In this document: in pieces, positions 18,275 through 26,046 of the stretch | Numbering within the stretch: the first letter of the stretch is position 1 | Layout of the letters: each line of letters starts with the position of its first letter | Assembly: GCA_021740915.1 (NCBI GenBank) | Contig: JAIOYW010000012.1 | Location: 128,636 to 160,635, forward strand | DNA from: Ignavibacteriales bacterium | Lineage (GTDB): Bacteria; Bacteroidota; Ignavibacteria; Ignavibacteriales; Melioribacteraceae | Length of the DNA: 32,000 bases | Reading direction: 5' to 3' | The notes under the pieces: model-generated | What the model saw: the letters and a program-made list of their open reading frames with translations, nothing else | The model's database searches: none | Told to the model about the DNA's origin: nothing | Position numbers and translations under genes: made by a program

Positions 18275-19279
18275 ATGAATCTTCCCAAAAGAACCAACCT
18301 ATCAAGGGAGATTATTAAAAGGCAAGATGTTATTGATTTTCTAAATTCAAATAAACCATTAAATTATTTGTTTGATATGCCTTTTAACCTTCCTCTGGCT
18401 CGAATAGAATTATACAAGAGGACCTACTTTGGAATCGGAAACACTGAATGTTATAAAATCAACTTGAAAAATAACAATCAGCTCTACTTAAAAATGGAAT
18501 ATCTTAATTCAATGGGCAACACACATTATTCCAGATTTTGGTTGATCTATCTGTTTTTGTGTGAGGCTTTTGGGATAATCAGCCCTAATAAAACCAAAAT
18601 TCTTGAAGTCACCAGTGGAAGTTCAGGAATTGCATTGGCGAGAGCAGCTAATATATTTCAATATTTCACAACAATTATCGTACCAAACATCCTTCCTCAG
18701 ACACGTACTTCACCAATGAATAACAAGTATGTTAATGTTATTTCTGTCCCAGGCTATATTCCAGAGTGTATTGACAAACTTAGGGTTTTGAATAAGGAAA
18801 CAATCTACTTTGCAACAAATCATTCCGAAGAAAAGTCAGACACGATCATAAAAGTCTTTTCAAGAATTGCACATGAAATCATAAATGAACATATTGATCC
18901 CGATTATTCCATAATTGCACTTGGTAATGGCACCTCAACACTAGCAATTGCAAAGACTCTAAAGTTGCATAATCCCAATACTCAGGTATGGACATATAAA
19001 CCTGACTTTGAACGGAAACCTGACGATATAGTATTTGGCTTAATCGTGCCAAATATCGATTTCAGACACTTAAAACCGGCGCTGTCCTATGTGGATAAAG
19101 TTTTATTTACAACTGGTGTTGACCTTAGCGAAATTAAAAATTATTTTCAGTTCGATACTGAAATATCGAATCTTGGCTTTTCCTCTCTTTACGGGATTTA
19201 TTTTGCGATTGATCTAGCTAAATCGGTTCAGGAAAAAAAAATATTAACTTTAGGTTATGACAAAATTGATAGATATTAA
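18275..19279 (+). CDS. Cysteine-synthase/tryptophan-synthase-beta fold (PALP) protein, apparently lacking the Schiff-base lysine
   Basis: By-eye alignment to CysK. LKMEYLNSMGNTHYSRFW aligns with the K-containing xVESxNPxxSVKxRI segment. ILEVTSGSSGIALARAA aligns with EPTSGNTGIALA. IIALGNGTSTLAIAK aligns with the GVGTGGT phosphate loop. The start lies 1 nt after the binding-protein stop. Confidence 0.6.
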   Translation: MNLPKRTNLSREIIKRQDVIDFLNSNKPLNYLFDMPFNLPLARIELYKRTYFGIGNTECYKINLKNNNQLYLKMEYLNSMGNTHYSRFWLIYLFLCEAFGIISPNKTKILEVTSGSSGIALARAANIFQYFTTIIVPNILPQTRTSPMNNKYVNVISVPGYIPECIDKLRVLNKETIYFATNHSEEKSDTIIKVFSRIAHEIINEHIDPDYSIIALGNGTSTLAIAKTLKLHNPNTQVWTYKPDFERKPDDIVFGLIVPNIDFRHLKPALSYVDKVLFTTGVDLSEIKNYFQFDTEISNLGFSSLYGIYFAIDLAKSVQEKKILTLGYDKIDRY

Positions 19280-19289
19280 AAAAGGTGCC

Positions 19290-22200
19290 ATGGAAAATAT
19301 TTACCGGTTTTATGAAGACATCCTTTCGAAATTAAAACTTTCTATAATCGGTTATGAACATATTTTAAAGGAGGTTAATGATTTTTTTTATTTGCTCACC
19401 TCTTACGCGGATTTTAAAGATAATAAAAACATTAGATTCATTTCATATTCGCTCGCGAAATTAAAGAATGCCAGCAATTGGGAAACCGAGTTATTGTCAA
19501 GTGACTTTTTCTTTCATGCTTTTCAAGAAGACCAATGTCTATATGAGTTAAGTTTTTATAATTACCTAAAATCTCAAAAAGGCATAAAATTTAGCACTAT
19601 AACTTCACTGAGTAATTTATTAGCGACAGACTTAAGTTTTCGAGTTGGTTGCATTGATAGCAATAATAAGAAATTTGAGTATGACGCACAGAATAAATTA
19701 TTATCCTTTTATATACCAAAGTCGGCAGTCTTTCTCGATGTTTTCTCCGATTCTCATGAAAATTATAAAAAAAATATAGATTCGAAGTCCGTTACAGAAT
19801 TTTTTGTTGAACAGGATAAAAGTATTTTTAAAAGAAAAAGTCCAAAGAGTGATTCTGAAATAGAGAAGCTAAGTAAAAAATTATATAAAGAAGGATTCAA
19901 TTTAGTTGGAATTGACTCGCTGGAAGTTTGTCTGATAAACTATTTAACGAATTTCATCGAGGAAAACCCAGAACTTTTTGTCCATTTTGATGATGCTGAA
20001 GAAAAGGAAAAACATATCGTTTACTGGGTTTTTCAAATTGTTTCAATTGCTTTTATTGCAAATATTTACAATTGCTGGGTTGAATATTTGCCAGCTATCG
20101 TTGGTATTATTAACAGGGAATCTGGTGCCGAGAACGCAGGAACGGCACCAGAAAACGTTAAGACTGAATACAGAAATTTGGGCTCATTTATTGTTGGATA
20201 TTCAGTAGGTTATGAGTTAACTAAAGACGAAAGAACGATATCTAAGCTAATTTCTGAAAGAGTAAGTTATGCAATAGGAGGAGAGTATTTAAAGAAAATT
20301 TTAACAGAAATTGAAGATTTTTCCCTGAATGCGGCTATTTCACGTATTATTTTATCTAATACTGCTCACCACCTCATTAGTCACTGCGCTCCATATTGCA
20401 CAACCGATAAGGTTATAAAAAGATTAAATTTCACTTCACTTACGGCTGATCAACTTAACTCAGTAATTAAAATGGTTAATCTTTATACGCTTTATGAAAA
20501 TTCGCGCAACGAATTTGTCGCCGGATTAAATAATAATAATCAACCTGTCGCTTTGCGTTTCTATAAGGACATAATTCAACCACTTGCTGAAAATTGCCTT
20601 CTACTGGATACTATTGCGGCAAGCGAGCAAATAACCTGGGGAAAAAAGGAAAATGGGAAAAATATTAATGACATTCAAGGAATAAGTCGTTTAAGGTTTC
20701 GGATATTCTACCATTGCAATCTCTTCGGTGAGAATAAATGGGAAAAAGGAAATGCCTGCTCAAAGAGAATTGAAAACAATTCAGTTGAGATATGCACTAA
20801 AAATTGTGAAATCAATAATTCAGGTAATGAGATTTATGAAGAAACCTATTTAGAAGCACCTGGTGATTACAGAGAAATGGTTGCTTATTACAAATACTTC
20901 AATGAATATAATAGCTCAAATATCCCAAGTAGTATATATTGTATTCATAGTTTACCTTATTTCAGATACTATAATCAGGATTCATTTCATAATGGGAATG
21001 TGGAATATACGTGTGAAAATGACATTGAAATTTTGGTTCGTGGTACACAGGGTATGCAATCGATTTATTCAATTCTTGAAAATTTTATTCGTAATACAGC
21101 AAAACATGCAAGTAAAAGTGTATTAGAAGACATTTTCCATTTGGATATAATAATAAAACTAAAAAAGGGGGAAACTTCTGATAATATTAATATGGAGCTT
21201 ATATCCAATATCCCAACGTTTAATAATGTGTGCACAGAGAGTGAATTAAGCGCGAATGAAAATAAAAACACCCCGTATGCAAAAATTTTGTTAGAGTCAA
21301 CTAAAGGTATTTACCCAACCACAATCCAGCGCGGAATAGCTGACATGAAAATTAACGGTGTGTTTCTTAAAATGCAGGAGATCACACAAAGAAATCTGGA
21401 AAAGGCGATAAAAGTGGGATATTACCCTAATAAACAGAATAACAAATACTCCATTGCCTACAGTTTTGTTCTTAAGAGACCACAAAAAATCGCATTTGTC
21501 GGCGATTTTAATAAACCCAACAATTACACCACTGATTTCGAAACATTCGGGATAAGAATATTTACTGATTTAAATGATGAACTGTATAGTTTTAAATTTG
21601 TTGTTTTCACAAGCGAATTTTTTAAAATAAGGAAGGATACTATTCTTGCTTCCGGAGACGGTGTAATGAATGAATGGTTATACCGCCTGCCCAGAAGAGT
21701 AATAATATTTGGCGATGATGTAAGTGTGGTTGAAAATATAATAAATAATTTCAACATTAGCTCTAAACGATTTATTATCACGAATGAAAATCCTCTACGA
21801 GGATCAAATTTTGAAACCCTAAAAACCTGCTGGCAAATATGGCTGAAAAGATGGTTGGGAGCTAAAGAAAGGATTTTTCTTAAGGTTGTTCCGGATGAAA
21901 AAACGTCCACAAACATTTTTGATAATCTTACTGATAAAAATATTTTTTCACAAGATTCGAAAATTAAATTAAGGAATATTTCGTTTTTGCGGCACGAAAA
22001 TACGATCGCAGACGATAAAGAAAAAAAAGCAAATTGGTTAAATGAGGATTGGTTTCTTGAAAATATTGAAAAAAACAATAAAGACTTTAATGTTATTTGG
22101 GGAAATAGAGATACTGTCAAATCTGAAAATTCCGATTTTCATTATGATTTATCCGAGACGGGTCTCTTAAAAATACTCATATTTGAGGAAAGATTAATTG

Positions 22201-22715
22201 AGTCATTGGGAAATAAGCAATTTACATACCCCAGTAAGAGCGATTTCCCTTTCCCTGGTGCTGGTTCTTCAAAACAGGTAGAACGAATTAAATTATACCA
22301 ACGCGATTATTTAGATGTGTCCATCGCAGCCAATTTGTATATAGTAACTCATTTTAATGATTTACAAATAAAATCAGTAAAGACAAATAGAAATTGTAAA
22401 TTTTATTCTAAAAATAATGAAATAGAGATCATGTCAGAGGATATGAACAATAAAAAAGTTGCAATTAAAGATTTTGATGTTTTAATAATTCACAGAACTC
22501 AACTTAATAATTTGTTTGAAAAAGATAATAAGAACGATATTTTTAATATTTTAAAGAAAAATTTCCCGATGATATATATTTCAACCGGAGGCGGCAGCAT
22601 TACCGATATTGAAGATAAGACTAAATTTAAGTTTGGTTTAATATCTTTAAATCAACTTCTAAACCATTTAACTCAAAGTGTAATGAAACATTCATTCAAA
22701 ACATATATTACTTAA
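19290..22715 (+). CDS. Large (about 1140-1152 aa) histidine-kinase-like ATPase protein with Cys/His-rich insert and C-terminal pseudo-receiver domain; otherwise uncharacterised
   Basis: The track start is ATG 19257, overlapping the upstream gene by 23 nt. The alternative ATG 19290 is preceded by AAGGTG. A NarX/DesK-style N-box YSILENFIRNTAKHASK lies at nt 21071-21118, followed by HLDIIIKL...MELISNIP...RGIADMKINGVFLK. A His-rich candidate phospho-site region ISRIILSNTAHHLISH lies near nt 20349-20387. HC-x12-C-x10-C-x3-C lies at nt 20711-20806. The C-terminal receiver-like fold has acidic residues replaced: LKILIFEERLIE ... FDVLIIHRTQL ... PMIYISTGGGS. Confidence 0.55.
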   Translation: MENIYRFYEDILSKLKLSIIGYEHILKEVNDFFYLLTSYADFKDNKNIRFISYSLAKLKNASNWETELLSSDFFFHAFQEDQCLYELSFYNYLKSQKGIKFSTITSLSNLLATDLSFRVGCIDSNNKKFEYDAQNKLLSFYIPKSAVFLDVFSDSHENYKKNIDSKSVTEFFVEQDKSIFKRKSPKSDSEIEKLSKKLYKEGFNLVGIDSLEVCLINYLTNFIEENPELFVHFDDAEEKEKHIVYWVFQIVSIAFIANIYNCWVEYLPAIVGIINRESGAENAGTAPENVKTEYRNLGSFIVGYSVGYELTKDERTISKLISERVSYAIGGEYLKKILTEIEDFSLNAAISRIILSNTAHHLISHCAPYCTTDKVIKRLNFTSLTADQLNSVIKMVNLYTLYENSRNEFVAGLNNNNQPVALRFYKDIIQPLAENCLLLDTIAASEQITWGKKENGKNINDIQGISRLRFRIFYHCNLFGENKWEKGNACSKRIENNSVEICTKNCEINNSGNEIYEETYLEAPGDYREMVAYYKYFNEYNSSNIPSSIYCIHSLPYFRYYNQDSFHNGNVEYTCENDIEILVRGTQGMQSIYSILENFIRNTAKHASKSVLEDIFHLDIIIKLKKGETSDNINMELISNIPTFNNVCTESELSANENKNTPYAKILLESTKGIYPTTIQRGIADMKINGVFLKMQEITQRNLEKAIKVGYYPNKQNNKYSIAYSFVLKRPQKIAFVGDFNKPNNYTTDFETFGIRIFTDLNDELYSFKFVVFTSEFFKIRKDTILASGDGVMNEWLYRLPRRVIIFGDDVSVVENIINNFNISSKRFIITNENPLRGSNFETLKTCWQIWLKRWLGAKERIFLKVVPDEKTSTNIFDNLTDKNIFSQDSKIKLRNISFLRHENTIADDKEKKANWLNEDWFLENIEKNNKDFNVIWGNRDTVKSENSDFHYDLSETGLLKILIFEERLIESLGNKQFTYPSKSDFPFPGAGSSKQVERIKLYQRDYLDVSIAANLYIVTHFNDLQIKSVKTNRNCKFYSKNNEIEIMSEDMNNKKVAIKDFDVLIIHRTQLNNLFEKDNKNDIFNILKKNFPMIYISTGGGSITDIEDKTKFKFGLISLNQLLNHLTQSVMKHSFKTYIT

Positions 22716-22720
22716 ATAAT

Positions 22721-23428
22721 ATGAAAACAATAATTATTTTTACAAGAGGTACTGACGACAGTGAATTTAATCATTGGTATGTTCAAGGAAAAACAAAAAT
22801 AGTTGAGATTGCAACAGATACCTGTGAAAAACCAAACGTTTATATTGCAAAATATAACCAGAGTCAGTTTGATCCTCAATCACCCGGTAATAATATTATT
22901 AGACAATTAATAATTGCAAGGGCTTACAATGATTTTCATGATGATGTGAAAAAGTACTTTAAGGACAAGGAGTTTGAGAATGCCCTGATTCTTTACCATA
23001 ATCAGAGTGAAGGTTTCTTGCAATACATTAAAAGCCTAAAGGCTTTAAAATATCAAAAATATAGCAGTACTGAGAACATAAATATTCCGCCGAAAAAAAT
23101 TAATACTTCTTCATACCCCCTTGACAAACTTTTGAATTCTATTCAGATGGAATCAGTATGTGATTTTACTGTTGAATTTGATGAGGTTTGGAATTCTTTT
23201 ATGGGAACCTTGAAATTAAGTGCCACCCTAGAATTTTTACACAAGTGTTTAGGGAAAGAAATTGATAGATTAGTCCTTACAGGGGCTGGTATTAATTTAG
23301 ATTATGAGGTAAATGAAAATAGATCCATCGTTCTTTTAATATCTGAGTTTCAAAAAGGATTTGACATTTCAGCATTAAAAGAATTGCGGGATGCCTTGCT
23401 GGAGATTGCAATAAGGATAAATAAGTGA
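22721..23428 (+). CDS. Hypothetical protein, 235 aa, no recognisable motif
   Basis: Intact ORF 5 nt after the preceding stop, same strand, with N/K/I-rich composition like its neighbours. The N-terminus MKTIIIFTRGTDDSEF suggests a beta-strand-first alpha/beta fold, but I cannot assign a family. Confidence 0.55.
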   Translation: MKTIIIFTRGTDDSEFNHWYVQGKTKIVEIATDTCEKPNVYIAKYNQSQFDPQSPGNNIIRQLIIARAYNDFHDDVKKYFKDKEFENALILYHNQSEGFLQYIKSLKALKYQKYSSTENINIPPKKINTSSYPLDKLLNSIQMESVCDFTVEFDEVWNSFMGTLKLSATLEFLHKCLGKEIDRLVLTGAGINLDYEVNENRSIVLLISEFQKGFDISALKELRDALLEIAIRINK

Positions 23429-23467
23429 ACTCTATCCAAACTAATTTTCACCCTGAGGAGTAGAAAT

Positions 23468-25777
23468 ATGGTTTATTATTTTATATCAGATAATGAGCAG
23501 CATATAGGCGAGATTGTTTCTAAATTAGATTTTGTAAATAAAAAGAATGGAAAAGAATATTTAACTTTCAATACATCGAAATATTGCTATGGTTTTATTC
23601 AGCTTATTTCGGAAATATGGAAACAATACATTGAGAACCCCGATGCTGTTTTTATTATAAATACCGAATTGAAATTCACTGAAAGCGATGAAAGAGCAAA
23701 ATATATTGGTGTGGAATGTGCCATGGCTCTGCGGTTGATGAATAAGTTCCGTTACGAGAAAGAGATTTTCCTTTTCGGCTATTCGCCTCAGTCTTTCATT
23801 GAAAAGACTACTGAACGATGTTTTGAAACTTTTGGGTTTGTATATCAACAATTGCCATTTGAAGATGAAATATTGTCATGTTCAATAAAAACAATCTCCA
23901 ATAGTAAAAATATCAACTATAGTGAATTACCTGAGTATCATTTAATCGGCCTGCTGGATGACCACTTTGATCATTTTGACCGAAAAATAGAAGCTACTTT
24001 GAATTATTATTCATCGGATATTTGCAATATTATATCATACCCTTATTCATTGAATAAATCGCTCAATGAAAATTTTCCCGATATAAAAAAATGGCTTGCC
24101 TGCCATGATATATTGGATTTGTTCCTTCTGGATTTGAATTATGAAAAAATTGGTAATCATTCATCTACTAGCACACAAGATACTGACAAACAAGGATTAA
24201 ATGTACTGCATTATATTGATTCAATAGGTTATCAAACACCAGTCGCAATTTTATCAGTGTCTAAGGATGTTGAAGTAATAAAAAATATCACATTGGGATA
24301 TCATCAACTAATAAACGATTTTATTCCAACCGAATCAATCACGAACAGCCATTCTAAAATAGATATCAAAAATATTGATAATGTTGTAAAAGCAATCATT
24401 AAGTGTTTAAAAGATGCTGGTGCTAAAAGAAATAAACTGGGAATATTATTTACACATGGTACCGACACAATGGCCTGGACTTTAAGTTTACTGCACTACA
24501 GTCTCAAATTGCCAAAATGTAATATAGTTTTAACAGGTTCACAAATTCCACTAAAAGCCGAATTTTCACCCTCTGATGCTCCGGCTAATATCATAGCAGC
24601 TTTGTATTATCTTAATCAATTTGTACCCCCGCAAATAGGTGTTTCATTCGATATGGGGAAAAAATTTTTTAATAATAATCTTAAAAAAGTGCGGATTTGG
24701 AATGAAAATGCCTTTGATGGGCAGGTTAATGCCCAGTTCAATTGGCAGGATATAGAAACTAATCATAAAACTTTATTATTTAACAATTGTCTTGATAAGC
24801 TACTATTACTGACAACCGGAGGAACAATTGCCATGAGATCCGGACCTTGTTCAACAGGTCGGCCTGATGCAAGTGCAATGGAAAAGTTCTTTGACTCATA
24901 TGAGGCGAAATACAGAGTCCCGGAATCTGCCAAATTCCCTTTTTACAAGGATTTTGAACCATTATCAATTGTAAATATTGATTCTTCAGAGATGAATCCT
25001 GATGTTTATATTAAAATACTTAAAACTTTAATTGATCTCAATAATAAATTTGATTTTGCTGAGAAAGTAGAATCCGATTTCCGCTGGGATGTTTACCCAA
25101 TTCAATGTTCTCCTTTTATGAGGGAGGAGGATTATTATATTTACACCAAACATTATAAAACGGTAGACGATAAAGGGAATGTCGCCATTACTAAAAGCAA
25201 TCCAATTGTTTATGTTCTTCTAGGCTATGGCGCAGGTAATCTGCCATTTAAGAGCAATGAAGACAAAAACCAGGACGGCACAAAAAAATTTGATAAAGAA
25301 AATTATAGCCCTATGAACTTTGTTCGCGAAGTTATTCAAGATGGCAATATTGTAATACTTACTTCGCATGTACAACAAGAAACGCCTGATCTGGACTATG
25401 ATGTGTCAGTTAAATATATTGAGGAAGGAGTTCTTTTTGGTGGCAATATGACCCTCGCGGAAATAATGATAAAATGTGCTTATTTGTTAGGGAAAGTAAA
25501 TAATAAGGGATTGAAAAATCTTCAATTCCTAAAGACTTCGATCATGGCCGGAGTTGGTTTCAGGGGTAAATCTTCACGTATTAAATATATTAATCTTTTG
25601 CGTAGATTATTGAATGATAAAAAAAGGATCGAGATGAAGAAACATTACAACTATATTTTGCCGGACACCAATTATTTTAAGGAGTTACCTTTTGAGGACT
25701 ATAGTATTGAAAATGAGGTTAAGAAAGGTTCAAAATCTATCATTTATGATTTAATTAATTCGGTTTCCTATGAGTAA
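23468..25777 (+). CDS. Multi-domain protein: N-terminal receiver-like domain, near-canonical receiver (REC) domain, and asparaginase/GatD-like module with permuted motif order
   Basis: GAGGAG lies 8 nt upstream of the ATG. REC-like core at nt ~23930-24340: YHLIGLLDDHFD, DLFLLDLNYEK, GLNVLHYIDSIGYQTPVAILSVSKD. Asparaginase motifs: ILFTHGTDTMAWT...CNIVLTGSQIPL (HGTDTM = nt 24455-24472), then LLLLTTGGTIAMRSG (nt 24812-24835) ...NIDSSEMNPD. The C-domain follows: VYVLLGYGAGNLP...GNIVILTSHVQQ...GVLFGGNMTLAEIMIKCAYLLG. Confidence 0.7.
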   Translation: MVYYFISDNEQHIGEIVSKLDFVNKKNGKEYLTFNTSKYCYGFIQLISEIWKQYIENPDAVFIINTELKFTESDERAKYIGVECAMALRLMNKFRYEKEIFLFGYSPQSFIEKTTERCFETFGFVYQQLPFEDEILSCSIKTISNSKNINYSELPEYHLIGLLDDHFDHFDRKIEATLNYYSSDICNIISYPYSLNKSLNENFPDIKKWLACHDILDLFLLDLNYEKIGNHSSTSTQDTDKQGLNVLHYIDSIGYQTPVAILSVSKDVEVIKNITLGYHQLINDFIPTESITNSHSKIDIKNIDNVVKAIIKCLKDAGAKRNKLGILFTHGTDTMAWTLSLLHYSLKLPKCNIVLTGSQIPLKAEFSPSDAPANIIAALYYLNQFVPPQIGVSFDMGKKFFNNNLKKVRIWNENAFDGQVNAQFNWQDIETNHKTLLFNNCLDKLLLLTTGGTIAMRSGPCSTGRPDASAMEKFFDSYEAKYRVPESAKFPFYKDFEPLSIVNIDSSEMNPDVYIKILKTLIDLNNKFDFAEKVESDFRWDVYPIQCSPFMREEDYYIYTKHYKTVDDKGNVAITKSNPIVYVLLGYGAGNLPFKSNEDKNQDGTKKFDKENYSPMNFVREVIQDGNIVILTSHVQQETPDLDYDVSVKYIEEGVLFGGNMTLAEIMIKCAYLLGKVNNKGLKNLQFLKTSIMAGVGFRGKSSRIKYINLLRRLLNDKKRIEMKKHYNYILPDTNYFKELPFEDYSIENEVKKGSKSIIYDLINSVSYE

Positions 25778-26042
25778 GATAATGCCATTGGATGTTCTGT
25801 CTTCAATTAAAGGGGCAAATCCTTCAAAAGCTGTTGAAGAGCTTTTTATTAATGTAAAAAATGCAGTGAGTGAAATTGAAGAAAAGTCTGAATTTGAAAC
25901 TCATGATCAAATAATGACTGTTGAAGTCTTACGGGAGGACAAGGTTAATAAGTCTCCGGAGGATGAGATTGAAATTATTAAACGGAATTTTCCTTTACAA
26001 AAGGATAGTTATTTGGTAGTCCCGAGAGTAATTGAAGAATAG
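25770..26042 (+). CDS. gatC: Asp/Glu-tRNA amidotransferase subunit C (GatC)
   Basis: 90 aa, the right size for GatC. C-terminal GatC pattern VEVLREDKVNKSPEDEIEIIKRNFPLQKDSYLVVPRVIEE (LRED...VPxVI). The ATG overlaps the upstream stop by 8 nt, and the gene sits directly upstream of gatA. Confidence 0.7.
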   Translation: MSKIMPLDVLSSIKGANPSKAVEELFINVKNAVSEIEEKSEFETHDQIMTVEVLREDKVNKSPEDEIEIIKRNFPLQKDSYLVVPRVIEE

Positions 26043-26046
26043 AGAA

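Noticed and set aside
21524-22120. 198-aa minus-strand ORF, the largest of many antisense or nested ORFs in the track. Others include 1005..1340, 3148..3381, 5152..5502, 6537..6743, 8372..8875, 8605..9120, 9870..10175, 16949..17252, 23561..23851, 26337..26567, 28022..28279 and 29567..30132.
   Set aside because: All lie entirely inside longer ORFs on the opposite strand or in another frame, and those longer ORFs have clear family motifs. Their sequences are low-complexity (S/F/L/I-rich), as expected from reading AT-rich coding DNA antisense. None shows a recognisable motif.
23468-25777. Interpretation of the 769-aa protein as two tandem asparaginase domains
   Set aside because: Only one copy of each signature (HGTDT, TGGTIA, DSS, C-domain GxGN and TSxxQ segments) is present. 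Each aligns to a different part of a single type I asparaginase, so a permuted single module fits better. This still needs a profile or structure check.
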